DNA of 64,000 bases from Promethearchaeota archaeon. GTDB taxonomy: Archaea; Asgardarchaeota; Lokiarchaeia; Sigyniarchaeales; SOKP01. A model generated the notes under the pieces. It saw only the letters and a list, made by a program, of their open reading frames with translations, searched no databases and had not been told where the DNA came from. The stretch lies in assembly GCA_016839585.1 (NCBI GenBank), contig JAEOTZ010000026.1:1-64000 (forward strand), in the 5' to 3' direction. Below are positions 1 through 10,065 of the stretch, piece after piece. A program made the translations under genes and the position numbers. Each line of letters starts with the position of its first letter. Position 1 is the stretch's first letter.

Positions 1-2
1 AT

Positions 3-1457
3 GTTCCAAGCGGAGCTGATTTCGATTTACATTTATATTCAAATGATCCTTCTTCTATAGGAGAACCTACTATGGTTGCTTCAAGCACACAATCTGGTTT
101 GGGAACGCAGGAAGTTATAATATATACGGCTGCAAGCACAGGTAAATATTATTTAATCGCAAAAGCAATTTCTGGTGAAGGAATGGCAAATATTTCTTAT
201 CCCATTATTGACCATGATTTAGGTGTTCAATTAGAAGTTCCAACTAATCCTGAGCTTTATTCTAGTTATACTGTCAATGCAACTATCTTCAATGCTGGAC
301 TAAATGATGAGACTGATGTCGATCTATTTCTTTATCTTAATGATGCACTTATAGATTTTACTACTATTCCAACACTTCTCGTTGGAACCAGTGAGACCAT
401 AAATTATATTTGGACCCCCGTGGATTATGGAAAACATAATTTTACTGCCTATACTCCAAGTGTACCCGGAGACCCAATAATATTAAATGATAGCGCAACT
501 GAACTAATAAGCATCTGGATGAATTATACCATGATCCTGGGAGTTCCGTATACTTGGATAGATGCCTCTGATGGAACGTCGATCTGGGTAGGTAATGAGG
601 GATCTGAGGAAGTATCCTTACCTTTTGATTTTCAATTTTACAATGAAACCTTTTCAACTATATACATAAGTGAAAATGGATATTTTAGTTTTGTCGATAC
701 AGATCCCGATGACTATTGGGAAATGGAATTTCCCTTGCCATGGCCTGAATATTCATATATGATTGCACCATTCTGGGACGATATAGATACCACTTTTGTT
801 GACATAAAATCATTTGGCCACTATTGGGTTGCAGAGTGGGAGAATGTTTATCATGGTGATGGTCCTAGCATTGGCACTTTTGAAGTAATTTTATATGATA
901 ATGGAGACATCATCTTTAACTATGATGATATTAACTATGTGGCAGATGGATATACTTGTGGATTAAATTTTGGACTAGATACAAGATATTATAATTATTA
1001 TCAAGGATTAGATGCTTCAACTAACGACTTTTCAATTAAATTTACTTTACCTGATTCTCTCACAGTTAAAACACCTCAGAGTTCTAGTTTGTGGGAAAAA
1101 GGGTCTTCTTATAATATCTATTGGAACTCAACAGGCACTATTTCTGATGTAAAGATTGAACTTTATGAAGGTGGTGTATTTGAAAGGGAAATTATTTCAA
1201 GTACGAGCAACGATGGTGTATTTTACTGGACTGTTCCCTCAGATCTAGATTATTCTACTCAATATCAAATAAAAATCACCGACATTTCTAATCCCCTTAT
1301 CAATGATTTCAGTGACTTTTTTGAAATAAAAAGTCCACCAAAGAAAAAGACAACAATTCCAGGGTACAACCTGTACTTCATAATCGGTGTAATTTGTGTC
1401 GTTTCTATGCTGCTAGCTAAAAAAAGAAACAGAAAACAATCTGGTTCAAATAAATAA
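3..1457 (+). CDS. 5'-truncated cell-surface protein (PPC-like, CARDB/Ig-like, nidogen-like, Ser/Thr-rich domains) with Loki-CTERM tail; possibly C-terminal part of a secreted peptidase
   Basis: Frame is open from base 3 (VPSGADFDLHLYS... before the ATG at 72), so the gene starts upstream of the window. PPC-like DFDLxLY, CARDB-like 'HDLGVQLEVP..VNATIFNAG', NIDO-like 'IAPFWDD', and C-terminal IPGY + hydrophobic helix + KKRNRK. Confidence 0.75.
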   Translation, partial: VPSGADFDLHLYSNDPSSIGEPTMVASSTQSGLGTQEVIIYTAASTGKYYLIAKAISGEGMANISYPIIDHDLGVQLEVPTNPELYSSYTVNATIFNAGLNDETDVDLFLYLNDALIDFTTIPTLLVGTSETINYIWTPVDYGKHNFTAYTPSVPGDPIILNDSATELISIWMNYTMILGVPYTWIDASDGTSIWVGNEGSEEVSLPFDFQFYNETFSTIYISENGYFSFVDTDPDDYWEMEFPLPWPEYSYMIAPFWDDIDTTFVDIKSFGHYWVAEWENVYHGDGPSIGTFEVILYDNGDIIFNYDDINYVADGYTCGLNFGLDTRYYNYYQGLDASTNDFSIKFTLPDSLTVKTPQSSSLWEKGSSYNIYWNSTGTISDVKIELYEGGVFEREIISSTSNDGVFYWTVPSDLDYSTQYQIKITDISNPLINDFSDFFEIKSPPKKKTTIPGYNLYFIIGVICVVSMLLAKKRNRKQSGSNK

Positions 1458-1494
1458 ATTAAATTTTTTTTTATTTTCTTCAAATTTAGAGAAG

Positions 1495-1533
1495 AAGTAT
1501 AACCAATCTCTTAAAATTAAGTATAACCAATCT
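1495..1533. repeat. 15-bp direct repeat AAGTATAACCAATCT
   Basis: Copies at 1495-1509 and 1519-1533. They duplicate the last codons (IGYT) of the NUDIX remnant. Confidence 0.85.
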
Positions 1534-1615
1534 TTAATTGTTTCAACAGCTCTATCATAGAATCTGTTAGCTCATAATTTTTTAATTCTTCATAGGGGAC
1601 AAATTTTGCTTTTAA
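1517..1615 (-). pseudogene. Orphan 3'-end fragment of a NUDIX hydrolase allele
   Basis: Minus strand reads LKAKFVPYEELKNYELTDSMIELLKQLKIGYT*, 22/32 aa identical to the end of the NUDIX CDS at 2445-2915 (LVAKFVHFDDLKNYKLTESLIELLKQLKIGFK*). No start codon or 5' part. Confidence 0.85.
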
Positions 1616-1717
1616 CGTAGATTAAACATAAATTTTATAATATTAATCTATAAAAAAAATCACTAACAAATAAATAAAAATAATCGTGATCAATTATAGA
1701 GAGACAGTGAACATTTA

Positions 1718-2368
1718 ATGAAAGAAAATAAACTATGGTCAGAAACGGAACTTTTTGATTTTAAGAAAAGATGGAAAGCAGTGACTATTCCTGTTAACGT
1801 ACAAATTGAAAATAGACAAATTGCCTTAGATTTGACTAGAACCAATCGTATTATAGAGCAAGCAGAAAAAATAGCTTTAGGGGATTGTGTCTGTCGGGTT
1901 ACTCTTGGAAATTGCAACATGCCACAGAATACTTGTATATTCTTAAATAAGCGGGCAGAAACATTTGTTGAAAATGAAAATAGACGAGCTAAATTTATAA
2001 CTCAGGAACAGGCAAAAACTATTGTTTCTGAAACTCATAAAAAAGGATTAGTTCACTTAGCGTTACATCAATCAAATGAAACTGATCGATTCCCTTCTGA
2101 AATATGTAGTTGTTGCTCCTGTTGCTGTCAAGCACTTCAGGGATTACAAGTAATGAATATGAAGGGAGTTGTAGAACCCAGCGAGTTTGTAGCTACTTTC
2201 GACTTAGAAAAATGTAATCAATGTGGTATATGTGTCGATCGATGTCAATTTGGAGCAAGAATATTTGATTCTAAAAAAAAAATTATTTTTTACCAAGATT
2301 TATGTTTTGGTTGTGGTCTTTGCGTAACCACTTGTCCTGAAAAATTAATAGACCTAATTCCAAGATAA
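1718..2368 (+). CDS. 4Fe-4S dicluster (ferredoxin-type) protein with Cys-rich N-terminal domain
   Basis: CVCR...C...C, ICSCCSCCC, then CNQCGICVDRC and CFGCGLCVTTCP motifs. Confidence 0.85.
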   Translation: MKENKLWSETELFDFKKRWKAVTIPVNVQIENRQIALDLTRTNRIIEQAEKIALGDCVCRVTLGNCNMPQNTCIFLNKRAETFVENENRRAKFITQEQAKTIVSETHKKGLVHLALHQSNETDRFPSEICSCCSCCCQALQGLQVMNMKGVVEPSEFVATFDLEKCNQCGICVDRCQFGARIFDSKKKIIFYQDLCFGCGLCVTTCPEKLIDLIPR

Positions 2369-2444
2369 TTCGATATTTACAATTATTGCTAATACTTTGA
2401 TAAATTATGAAAATATTAAATGGGTTAATTATAAAAAAAAGTTA

Positions 2445-2915
2445 TTATTTGAATCCAATTTTTAATTGCTTTAAAAGTTCAATTAAAGATTCAGTTAATT
2501 TGTAATTCTTCAAATCATCAAAATGTACAAATTTTGCTACTAAAGCATCATCATCAGCTTTAGGGGGTTGATTGGCGTCTCCTTCAATTTGTTCTACAAA
2601 ATAATTTATCAAAACATAGTGATATTCGATTTTTCCTTTATCATCGTACATAATTTTATCAATTATCCCTGCTAATTTTGCTACTTTCACTTTAAAGCCT
2701 GTTTCTTCGAAGCCTTCTCTTTCAGCAGCAGACTGTACTTTTTCACCAAGATCTAAATGACCCCCTGGAATTGACCAATATCCGGCATCTGGATCAAATT
2801 TTCTCTTAACTAATAATAAGTTTTTATCCCTAACAAGAAGGATCCCAACTCCAACATGAGGTCGTACAGGATATTTTCTTGTATCAAATGCAGTTAATTT
2901 TTCTCTATCTACCAA
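2445..2915 (-). CDS. NUDIX hydrolase (ADP-ribose pyrophosphatase-like)
   Basis: Nudix box GGHLDLGEKVQSAAEREGFEETG; PxVGVG N-terminus; 'HYVLINY'. Confidence 0.9.
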   Translation of the reverse strand: MVDREKLTAFDTRKYPVRPHVGVGILLVRDKNLLLVKRKFDPDAGYWSIPGGHLDLGEKVQSAAEREGFEETGFKVKVAKLAGIIDKIMYDDKGKIEYHYVLINYFVEQIEGDANQPPKADDDALVAKFVHFDDLKNYKLTESLIELLKQLKIGFK

Positions 2916-2995
2916 ATATTTTCACGCAATCTTTGTCATTAAGTATTATTAGATTTGAACTATTATAAAGATTAAAGATAACTTTTTCTTTAATA

Positions 2996-3496
2996 GTGAA
3001 CAATTTGGTGCGCCCATGGTATTGGCCAGAAGAAGGACAACCTGATAGAACAGAATCTTTTACATGGATCGTTAAAGGTAAATTAGCGGCTTCTTGGTGG
3101 CCTGATTCTAAACTAATTGAGAGATATAAAAAGGAAGGAATAAAAGTCATAATCAATTGTTCGGAATTTGATAATCAAAAGGATCTATCTAAAGATTTCA
3201 CCTATTTTCATATAAATATCCCGGATTATGGAACCCCTACAGATGCCCAATTAGAAAGATTTTTCAATATTACTAATAAACATGGAGATAATAGAGAATC
3301 TATGGTAGTGCATTGTGTAGCAGGCTGTGGGAGAACGGGCATAATGGTTGTAGCATGGGCAGCTCATAATGGATTTATTCCTGATGATATTGATCCAGTA
3401 AGTTGGATTCGAAAGTTAAGACCATGCAGTTTAGAATCAAAAGAACAAATGGATCTGGCTCGTAAAATAGCTAAAAAATATAAGAAAAGAGAATAA
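2996..3496 (+). CDS. Dual-specificity/tyrosine protein phosphatase
   Basis: CX5R loop VHCVAGCGRTG, acid loop IPDYGTP, 'IRKLRP..ES..Q'. Confidence 0.9.
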   Translation: MNNLVRPWYWPEEGQPDRTESFTWIVKGKLAASWWPDSKLIERYKKEGIKVIINCSEFDNQKDLSKDFTYFHINIPDYGTPTDAQLERFFNITNKHGDNRESMVVHCVAGCGRTGIMVVAWAAHNGFIPDDIDPVSWIRKLRPCSLESKEQMDLARKIAKKYKKRE

Positions 3497-3515
3497 AAAA
3501 ATTCTTTCCAGTTAA

Positions 3516-4127
3516 TTACTTTTCCTCTTTAGCAATAGCTAAAATAATTATCATTAATAAATTAACCAAATCTTCATCAGAGCCAAACATATTTCTGTAA
3601 TAAATGTGTCGATGAATTATAGCATCAACTGCTTGTAAAATAATTTTTTCTTTTCTTTCAATATTAAAATTGCTTTTTTTAAATTTTTTTGCTGCAATGA
3701 TTATTGGTTTCATTATTATGTCAATTTCAGGTTCAAGATATTCAGATAATTTAAGATAAGAATCCATATTTGAGATGATTTCTATTTCCATTGCAATAGA
3801 AAATTCTCGAAACTTACGATGATTATCTATATTTCGATATAATATTGCTTTAAGAGCCTCAGTGAAATTATCAAAATCATCAACAGAAAAAAACCTTTCT
3901 ACCTCTAAGTTTTGCATAGATTTCTTAAATATTATTTTCAAAATTTCAGATTTCCCATTTTTAAAATGATAAAATAAAGTTCCTGGACTTATTTCCGCAC
4001 TTCTGGCAATTTCTCTCATGCTTATATTGCTATATCCCTTTCTAGTTATTAAATCTGTTGCTACTCGTATAATATGATCTCTTGTAGAGTGTTCTATCTT
4101 TTTTTTCTCCTTTAAGTTTGAGTCCAT
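3516..4127 (-). CDS. TetR/AcrR family transcriptional regulator
   Basis: N-terminal HTH 'GYSNISMREIARSAEISPGTLFYHFKNGK'. Confidence 0.92.
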   Translation of the reverse strand: MDSNLKEKKKIEHSTRDHIIRVATDLITRKGYSNISMREIARSAEISPGTLFYHFKNGKSEILKIIFKKSMQNLEVERFFSVDDFDNFTEALKAILYRNIDNHRKFREFSIAMEIEIISNMDSYLKLSEYLEPEIDIIMKPIIIAAKKFKKSNFNIERKEKIILQAVDAIIHRHIYYRNMFGSDEDLVNLLMIIILAIAKEEK

Positions 4128-4161
4128 ATATATTTAATAAGCTTCTAAAAATATAAATTCA

Positions 4162-4288
4162 TCGTTCATCGATCGAAAAAAAATACTTATAGGTGGATTC
4201 GATCATTGATCGAAATATTTAAATATTTATCTTTAATATTATATTATTGGTTGATCATTGATCGAGGAAAAAAAATGATCATTGATCA
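4162..4288. promoter_or_regulatory. Four palindromic operators (TCGATCA-T-TGATCGA consensus) in the divergent tetR/ABC promoter
   Basis: 4162-4176 tcgttcatcgatcga; 4198-4214 ttcgatcattgatcgaa (perfect); 4251-4265 ttgatcattgatcga; 4276-4288 tgatcattgatca (perfect). Confidence 0.85.
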
Positions 4289-4305
4289 AAGAGGTGTGAT
4301 AAAGT

Positions 4306-5034
4306 ATGATCTTGAATACAAAACAAACTTATTTTCAATTCGTTGCTAGAGATGTTAAAAAAAGCTATTGGACAGGCGATATAGAAATAAAAGCATTAGA
4401 CGGAATAAGTTTAAAAGTTGCAAAAGGGGATTTCAAAATGATACTAGGACCATCAGGAAGTGGAAAAACAACATTGATGAATATTTTAGGAGGATTGGAC
4501 TCTGCAGATTCAGGAGAAATAATAATTAATCTTGGTAATGGAAAGTTTAAGGATATTAGAAAATTCACGAAAAATGAGTTAACAAATTATCGTAGAATGT
4601 ATATTGGAATAATTTTCCAATTTTATAATCTAATTCCAATCCTTACAGCTTTGGAAAATATTGAATTAGCTGCAAGATTTTCGGGGATTTCTAATCCTAA
4701 AAGAAAATCTAAAGAATATTTATCTGAATTAGGTCTTGGAGATAAGTTTAATCGATACCCAAATCAACTTTCTGGAGGAGAACAACAGAGAATTGCAATA
4801 GCTCGTGCTTTAGTTAAAGATCCTGCTCTTATACTAGCTGATGAACCTACAGGTAATTTAGATTCTGTTAAAACAAACGAAATTTATAAGATTCTGAAAA
4901 AATTGTCAGAGGATTACAATAAAACTATATTAATAGTGACGCACGATGAAGATATGGCAAATAAATATGCAAAAGAGCATATTCACATTAAAGACGGTAG
5001 ACTTATAAGAAACCAGGAGAAAATAGAGAGGTGA
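4306..5034 (+). CDS. ABC transporter ATP-binding protein (LolD/MacB-like)
   Basis: Walker [17 protein letters not shown] signature, [15 protein letters not shown]. Confidence 0.95.
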   Translation: MILNTKQTYFQFVARDVKKSYWTGDIEIKALDGISLKVAKGDFKMILGPSGSGKTTLMNILGGLDSADSGEIIINLGNGKFKDIRKFTKNELTNYRRMYIGIIFQFYNLIPILTALENIELAARFSGISNPKRKSKEYLSELGLGDKFNRYPNQLSGGEQQRIAIARALVKDPALILADEPTGNLDSVKTNEIYKILKKLSEDYNKTILIVTHDEDMANKYAKEHIHIKDGRLIRNQEKIER

Positions 5035-5040
5035 AATTCT

Positions 5041-7431
5041 TTGAAAAAGATTTCTATATGGTTTATATGGAAGAAAGCTTATAAAACTCTTTTAAAGAAT
5101 AAACGTAAAACAATCCCAGTTATCATTTTACTAACTTTCTCTATTGGATGTGGAACTATACTATTTGACGTTCAAGATATCAGGAGTAGAGTTGTGGAAG
5201 AAATAATTGAAAAAACAAATTTCGCAGACGGTTTTGTATATCTTGAGCCACTTCCAGAAATTTTGGTATCTCAACTTATAGAAGATGAAATTTTCCAATA
5301 CTTAGAGGATTATGAGTTAAATATGATTGTTACTTCAAAATTTGTAATTCTAGGAGAAGATTATGATGGTATTTTAGTTGGCATAAATGTATCAACAGAA
5401 AAGCGTATAAATAAATTAATCAATGAAAAGAAAGAAGAGATTCAGGATTATGAATTTGCTATTAATTGGGCATTTGCTGATGCCAATAATATTAAATTAG
5501 GAACTGAAATATTGGTCTCCTATGGTTCTTATGAAATATTATTAGAAATACAAAATATAGGATATAATCCTGAATTTCAATTCATGCCTTTGTATAGAAA
5601 TATTGCTTTTCCTTCTATTAGACCTTATCCAGTGTTATATGTAGATAAATTTTTTTTAAGTAACACCGTTTTGAATCATTCAACAACCCTAGTAAATTAT
5701 TTTGTGTACAAATTGAAAGACCAAGACAATAAACAAATCGTAAAAGAGAAAATTGAACTTATTCTTGGTGATTATATTAATCAGCAATTTTCACAAGAAC
5801 AGCATCCTTTTGTTAAAACAATGAGAGAGGATGAGAAAAATGATCGGAGCTTATTTTTATTTCTTACAATTATCCTATTGAGTGGAGCCATAATCACATT
5901 AATTTTAGTAACGAATAAATTAGTAGAGGATGATCTGAAATCAATCTCAGTTTTTCAAGCATTAGGAGCAAATAGAAAAGAAATATTAGCGAATTTCCTA
6001 GTTTTTAACATCCTTTTAATAAGTTGTTCTCTATTGTTGGGCTTATTGTTTAGTATAGGTTTTAATATTCCAATAAACAATTTTATGATGGATGCTTTGA
6101 GTATACCATTCGATCTTAGTATAAGTATTTCAATTAAAAATCCACTTTGGATTGGACTAATCTTATTTGGGGTATCGATTCTCTCCACATTGTTTATTGT
6201 AAAAAGAACCTTTAAAATGGATGTTCAACAGACAATGAAATATGAGACTAAATTTTTAGAAAAAATAAATATTATAGAAAAAATTTATCGAAAACTGAAA
6301 AAGAACCCACATCCCTTAGCAAAATATAATATTAGAAGAATTTTCGGCAAAAAATTACATTTGGCTTCTTTAATTTTAGCTCTTAGCTTTTCTGCTTCAT
6401 TAATCATTTTCACTTTCTCTTTTCCAGACAGTATAAAATACTCAATAAATCGGCAGTTCAGTGAAATTGAAAAATGGGATTGTTATGCTAATACTTGGCA
6501 ATATGAAGATGTATTACTAATGAATTCATCATTAAGCTCTATAGAAGAGCTTACTCAATATGAATTTGGTATTTCTGATTCCATTCTTTTCTCTAAAGAC
6601 AACAACAGTGAATTTAAAAAGACATTTAAATTAATGGCATATGAAGATAATTCAGAATTACATGTGATAAAAGTTGAAAAAGGAAGATTTTTTGAGGATA
6701 TTGATGATGTTATTGTTTCAAAAGATATGATTGAGAAATATGATCTAGATATTGGAGATATTATTTATGTTAAAAGTATAGGATTAGAAACGATATACCA
6801 ATTAGAAATTGTGGGCTTAGTAAACGATTTAACTGCCTTAACAATATATCTAATGATGCCGAAAGCTCAAACTATATTGAATAAAACAAATAAAATTAAC
6901 ACGATTTATTTCACTTCTGACAATATAGATATCTGTGTGGAAAAAGTTCAAAATATTCCTCAAGTTGAAATTGTAGTAAAAATGAGCACTTTAAGAGAAG
7001 ATCTTGAATACGTCTTACAAATGATTTCTTCTCTTTTCATTGTGTTTGGATTAGTCTTTCTTTTCTTTGGAGTACTTCTTTTACTAATTATTTTTAAATC
7101 TAATATTGATTATCGCATAGAAGATTATAGCAGCATGAAAGCAATCGGGGTATATAATTCAGAAATTAAAAAAAGTTTAATATATGAATTAACATTTTAT
7201 TTTGTTGTTTCTTTATTACTTGGCTTCTTTTTAGGGGAATTAATATCTAAGTTAATAATCTCTATGTACTCATCAATTATGCCTGGAATCCATTATCATC
7301 TATATTCAATTAGTTACATCTATTATATTGCGATTTTTGGGATTATTATATTAATATCATTTTTAATTAACAATCGAAGAGTTAAAAAAGTCAATCTAGC
7401 AAAAATAATGAGAGAGAAAACATTTGGTTAA
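5041..7431 (+). CDS. FtsX-like ABC permease (duplicated MacB/FtsX architecture)
   Basis: Two repeats of TM + large extracellular domain + 3 TM with 'ALGA'/'KAIG' FtsX motifs; 6 bp downstream of the ATPase; GGTGA RBS before TTG. Confidence 0.88.
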   Translation: MKKISIWFIWKKAYKTLLKNKRKTIPVIILLTFSIGCGTILFDVQDIRSRVVEEIIEKTNFADGFVYLEPLPEILVSQLIEDEIFQYLEDYELNMIVTSKFVILGEDYDGILVGINVSTEKRINKLINEKKEEIQDYEFAINWAFADANNIKLGTEILVSYGSYEILLEIQNIGYNPEFQFMPLYRNIAFPSIRPYPVLYVDKFFLSNTVLNHSTTLVNYFVYKLKDQDNKQIVKEKIELILGDYINQQFSQEQHPFVKTMREDEKNDRSLFLFLTIILLSGAIITLILVTNKLVEDDLKSISVFQALGANRKEILANFLVFNILLISCSLLLGLLFSIGFNIPINNFMMDALSIPFDLSISISIKNPLWIGLILFGVSILSTLFIVKRTFKMDVQQTMKYETKFLEKINIIEKIYRKLKKNPHPLAKYNIRRIFGKKLHLASLILALSFSASLIIFTFSFPDSIKYSINRQFSEIEKWDCYANTWQYEDVLLMNSSLSSIEELTQYEFGISDSILFSKDNNSEFKKTFKLMAYEDNSELHVIKVEKGRFFEDIDDVIVSKDMIEKYDLDIGDIIYVKSIGLETIYQLEIVGLVNDLTALTIYLMMPKAQTILNKTNKINTIYFTSDNIDICVEKVQNIPQVEIVVKMSTLREDLEYVLQMISSLFIVFGLVFLFFGVLLLLIIFKSNIDYRIEDYSSMKAIGVYNSEIKKSLIYELTFYFVVSLLLGFFLGELISKLIISMYSSIMPGIHYHLYSISYIYYIAIFGIIILISFLINNRRVKKVNLAKIMREKTFG

Positions 7432-7621
7432 GTATCTAATTTAATTTTTTTTTACTTTTTTAATAAAATAGTAAGATTTTATGAAAGAGCTTAATTAATA
7501 ATATTTAAAGGTTAAAGTATAAAAGAAGTAACTTTAATTATTTATATGAAAAATTAGAATTTATCTTAAGGTTAAGACCATAATTATTTATATCTAATTT
7601 AACAGTGAGTTCAGAGATAAT

Positions 7622-8785
7622 ATGCAAAAATCAGATTACATTTATATGATTATTGACAATATTATGGTATATAACATAACCCTTCCTACTGATTTTGAAG
7701 GACATAAAATAAATGAACATCTCAGTAAATACGATGAAAAACACTTGAATATTGTAGCTGGTTTTAATAAAAATTTCTTAGAACACTTCTTAATTATATC
7801 AAAAGGAAAAAATCCAGCAGATCTAGACGAAATACTTAAAAAAATGGAAAAAATTTCATTAATGATCGGTCCTACGGGAAATTTACATTATTTATCTTCC
7901 AATCAAATTCAATATATTCTTACAAAGTTAGGATCAATAAAATTAAATGAAATAAAGGAAGCAAATATTAGTAAATTAGCTGATGAACAGTTAGAAAAAG
8001 AATTTGGACCGAGCTACAGTACTTCAGCAGCTCTAGAAAATCAGCTTTCAAGTGCTGCTTTTTATTTATCAAATCTAGGTTATTCATACCAAGAAATCGA
8101 AGATAAATTTAGAGAAGTTAGACAAGATCCTTCAATGCTAGATAATATATTCACCCTCCCTCCAAAAGAGATCTATAATATGCCTCCTGAACTTCAACAA
8201 GAAAGTTCTAGTATATCTGGTTCACAAAATAATATAAGTTCTCACGAGGTACCTGCTATTGATAGTCAAGAAATGCAAAATGTAATCGCACACCATATTG
8301 AATCAATTGAACATGATATAACTGGTGAAAGAGCCCAAAAAGTTGAAGAAATACTACAACTCATCAAAGCTCATGTTAAGGATAAAATGACTGATTATTA
8401 TGAAAGAGTATTTAAGCAAATACATCCTGATAGATTAAACCGGGCATATAAGTGGCTAAAAGATACGAAAAGAAAATCAAAAAGAATGGATCTCTACTTG
8501 GATTGGTTCTTTTGCTCAACACTTTTATCTAAAATTGAATTAAAAGTAGAACACTGGCAAGTTTCTTCCTCAGCAGGTCATGGAAGTGCGGGTGTCTATA
8601 CAGCAGGAATTAATTTTGGAAGATACGATCAAATTATAAAGGATTTTTCTGATGGTAAATTAACAAAAGTCATTCATCTTGCAAGGAGAATATTGCAGAA
8701 TCCTACTAAAAAAGCGATTCAGAAACTTGGACAAGATTTAATAGCCGAAACAGGCTTCGATGAGCATCTCTACTTCACAGATTAA
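7622..8785 (+). CDS. Hypothetical protein (two globular regions joined by a Ser/Gln-rich linker)
   Basis: 387-aa ORF with genome-like codon usage; no family recognised; start could be ATG 7664. Confidence 0.75.
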   Translation: MQKSDYIYMIIDNIMVYNITLPTDFEGHKINEHLSKYDEKHLNIVAGFNKNFLEHFLIISKGKNPADLDEILKKMEKISLMIGPTGNLHYLSSNQIQYILTKLGSIKLNEIKEANISKLADEQLEKEFGPSYSTSAALENQLSSAAFYLSNLGYSYQEIEDKFREVRQDPSMLDNIFTLPPKEIYNMPPELQQESSSISGSQNNISSHEVPAIDSQEMQNVIAHHIESIEHDITGERAQKVEEILQLIKAHVKDKMTDYYERVFKQIHPDRLNRAYKWLKDTKRKSKRMDLYLDWFFCSTLLSKIELKVEHWQVSSSAGHGSAGVYTAGINFGRYDQIIKDFSDGKLTKVIHLARRILQNPTKKAIQKLGQDLIAETGFDEHLYFTD

Positions 8786-8807
8786 TGGATCACTTAATTT
8801 ATTCTAT

Positions 8808-8843
8808 ATAAGCTTTCTTAATTCATTTTATATGAAAGCTTAT
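8808..8843. terminator. Inverted repeat (hairpin) downstream of 7622-8785
   Basis: ATAAGCTTTC-N16-GAAAGCTTAT, perfect 10-bp arms. Confidence 0.35.
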
Positions 8844-9062
8844 GAAAATACTAGAAAGAAAAGGGATGAATATCAATCCTGTGCATAACTATCGTTCAAT
8901 TTATCTGATCTCTGTGGATTTCAGAATAGGTAAAAAATACCTAACTGGAAGAATAACATGTCGGCAAGTTATTGATTTTTGGAATTAAGTTATCAAATAG
9001 TTTATAATCTTAAGAACCCAATACAATTATAAGACAAAATTGTAGATTATAATTTTAGTAAT

Positions 9063-9842
9063 ATGAAAGAATTTAAAGTTAATGAGTACATTTCATTGAA
9101 ACTTGTTTCAGGAAAACTTGACCCAGTAGTAAGAATTAATGTTAATAATCAATTAGCTAATGGAGATTATTTAAGAACAAGAAGTTTTGAAGAATATTGT
9201 AATGTGTTAAAGACTTGGGTTGATAACAATTATGATATGAGTACTATTTCTGATGAAGATATTGATGTTTTTTTCCCACTAGTTAGAACAATTTATGAAG
9301 CAGGAGAACTTAAAGCACAACAAATGTTTAAGAAAGAAATAACCAAAACAATAAAAAATGCTGAATATAGTGATTATGCCTACATAATTCTTTTTTCAGA
9401 GGATTTAATATCATCTCTAAGTAACAAAGAATTAATAGAAGGTATTCTACATCCTGAAGAGGCTTTGACTCTATTTGAAATTCAAAAACATACTACTAAT
9501 AGCTATCATTTGGTAATAGAATTTGAACCAAATGATGAGGAACGTCGTAGAGTTCATCCAGATAGATATTATTTTAGTACATATAAAGGTCACATTATTG
9601 AACTTGATTTGGAATTAAACCAGTTTAATTCTATATTCCCAGAATCAATTTTTAATCTAAAAAAATTAACAAAACTACATTTATTTCTCTACGACATCAG
9701 TGAAGTTAAATTTAGTACTGATAAAATGTTGGAATCTCTGGAGAGATTCTATATATATGAGTTTCAGGAGGTAAAGTCCCCACCCTTATATGATTTTTTT
9801 CCAAATTTATTTGATATAAGAAGGATTAAATGTTACTGGTAA
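9063..9842 (+). CDS. Lokiarchaeal 'MKEFKVNEY' family protein with degenerate LRR-like C-terminus
   Basis: N-terminus MKEFKVNEYISLKL, 'EEYCNVLKTWVDNNYD...PLVRTIYEAGE', and LRR-like 'FPESIFNLKKLTKLHL'. Confidence 0.6.
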   Translation: MKEFKVNEYISLKLVSGKLDPVVRINVNNQLANGDYLRTRSFEEYCNVLKTWVDNNYDMSTISDEDIDVFFPLVRTIYEAGELKAQQMFKKEITKTIKNAEYSDYAYIILFSEDLISSLSNKELIEGILHPEEALTLFEIQKHTTNSYHLVIEFEPNDEERRRVHPDRYYFSTYKGHIIELDLELNQFNSIFPESIFNLKKLTKLHLFLYDISEVKFSTDKMLESLERFYIYEFQEVKSPPLYDFFPNLFDIRRIKCYW

Positions 9843-10065
9843 TAGAAATTACAAAGGCATATAATATAAAATATTGTGTTGATTATAATTATCTCGAGAC
9901 CCTGAATTCCGCAGACTTCTCGATTAATCTACAAAATAACTCAAAAGTAAGAGAATTGACACATTGGTAAAATTTTTATATGTTATTGTATTATTAATTA
10001 TACTATTTATTGAAATTCAAAATTAAAATAGAAGTTAAATAATTACGAATTTGTGAGTAATAATT

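Noticed and set aside
8390-8445. 'DYYERVFKQIHPDR' resembling a J-domain HPD motif
   Set aside because: The spacing between DYY and HPD is far too short for J-domain helices I-II; probably coincidental.
8842-8988. 48-codon ORF MKILERKGMNINPVHNYRSIY...DFWN
   Set aside because: No RBS, starts inside a hairpin, no recognisable motif; cannot be supported without a homology search.
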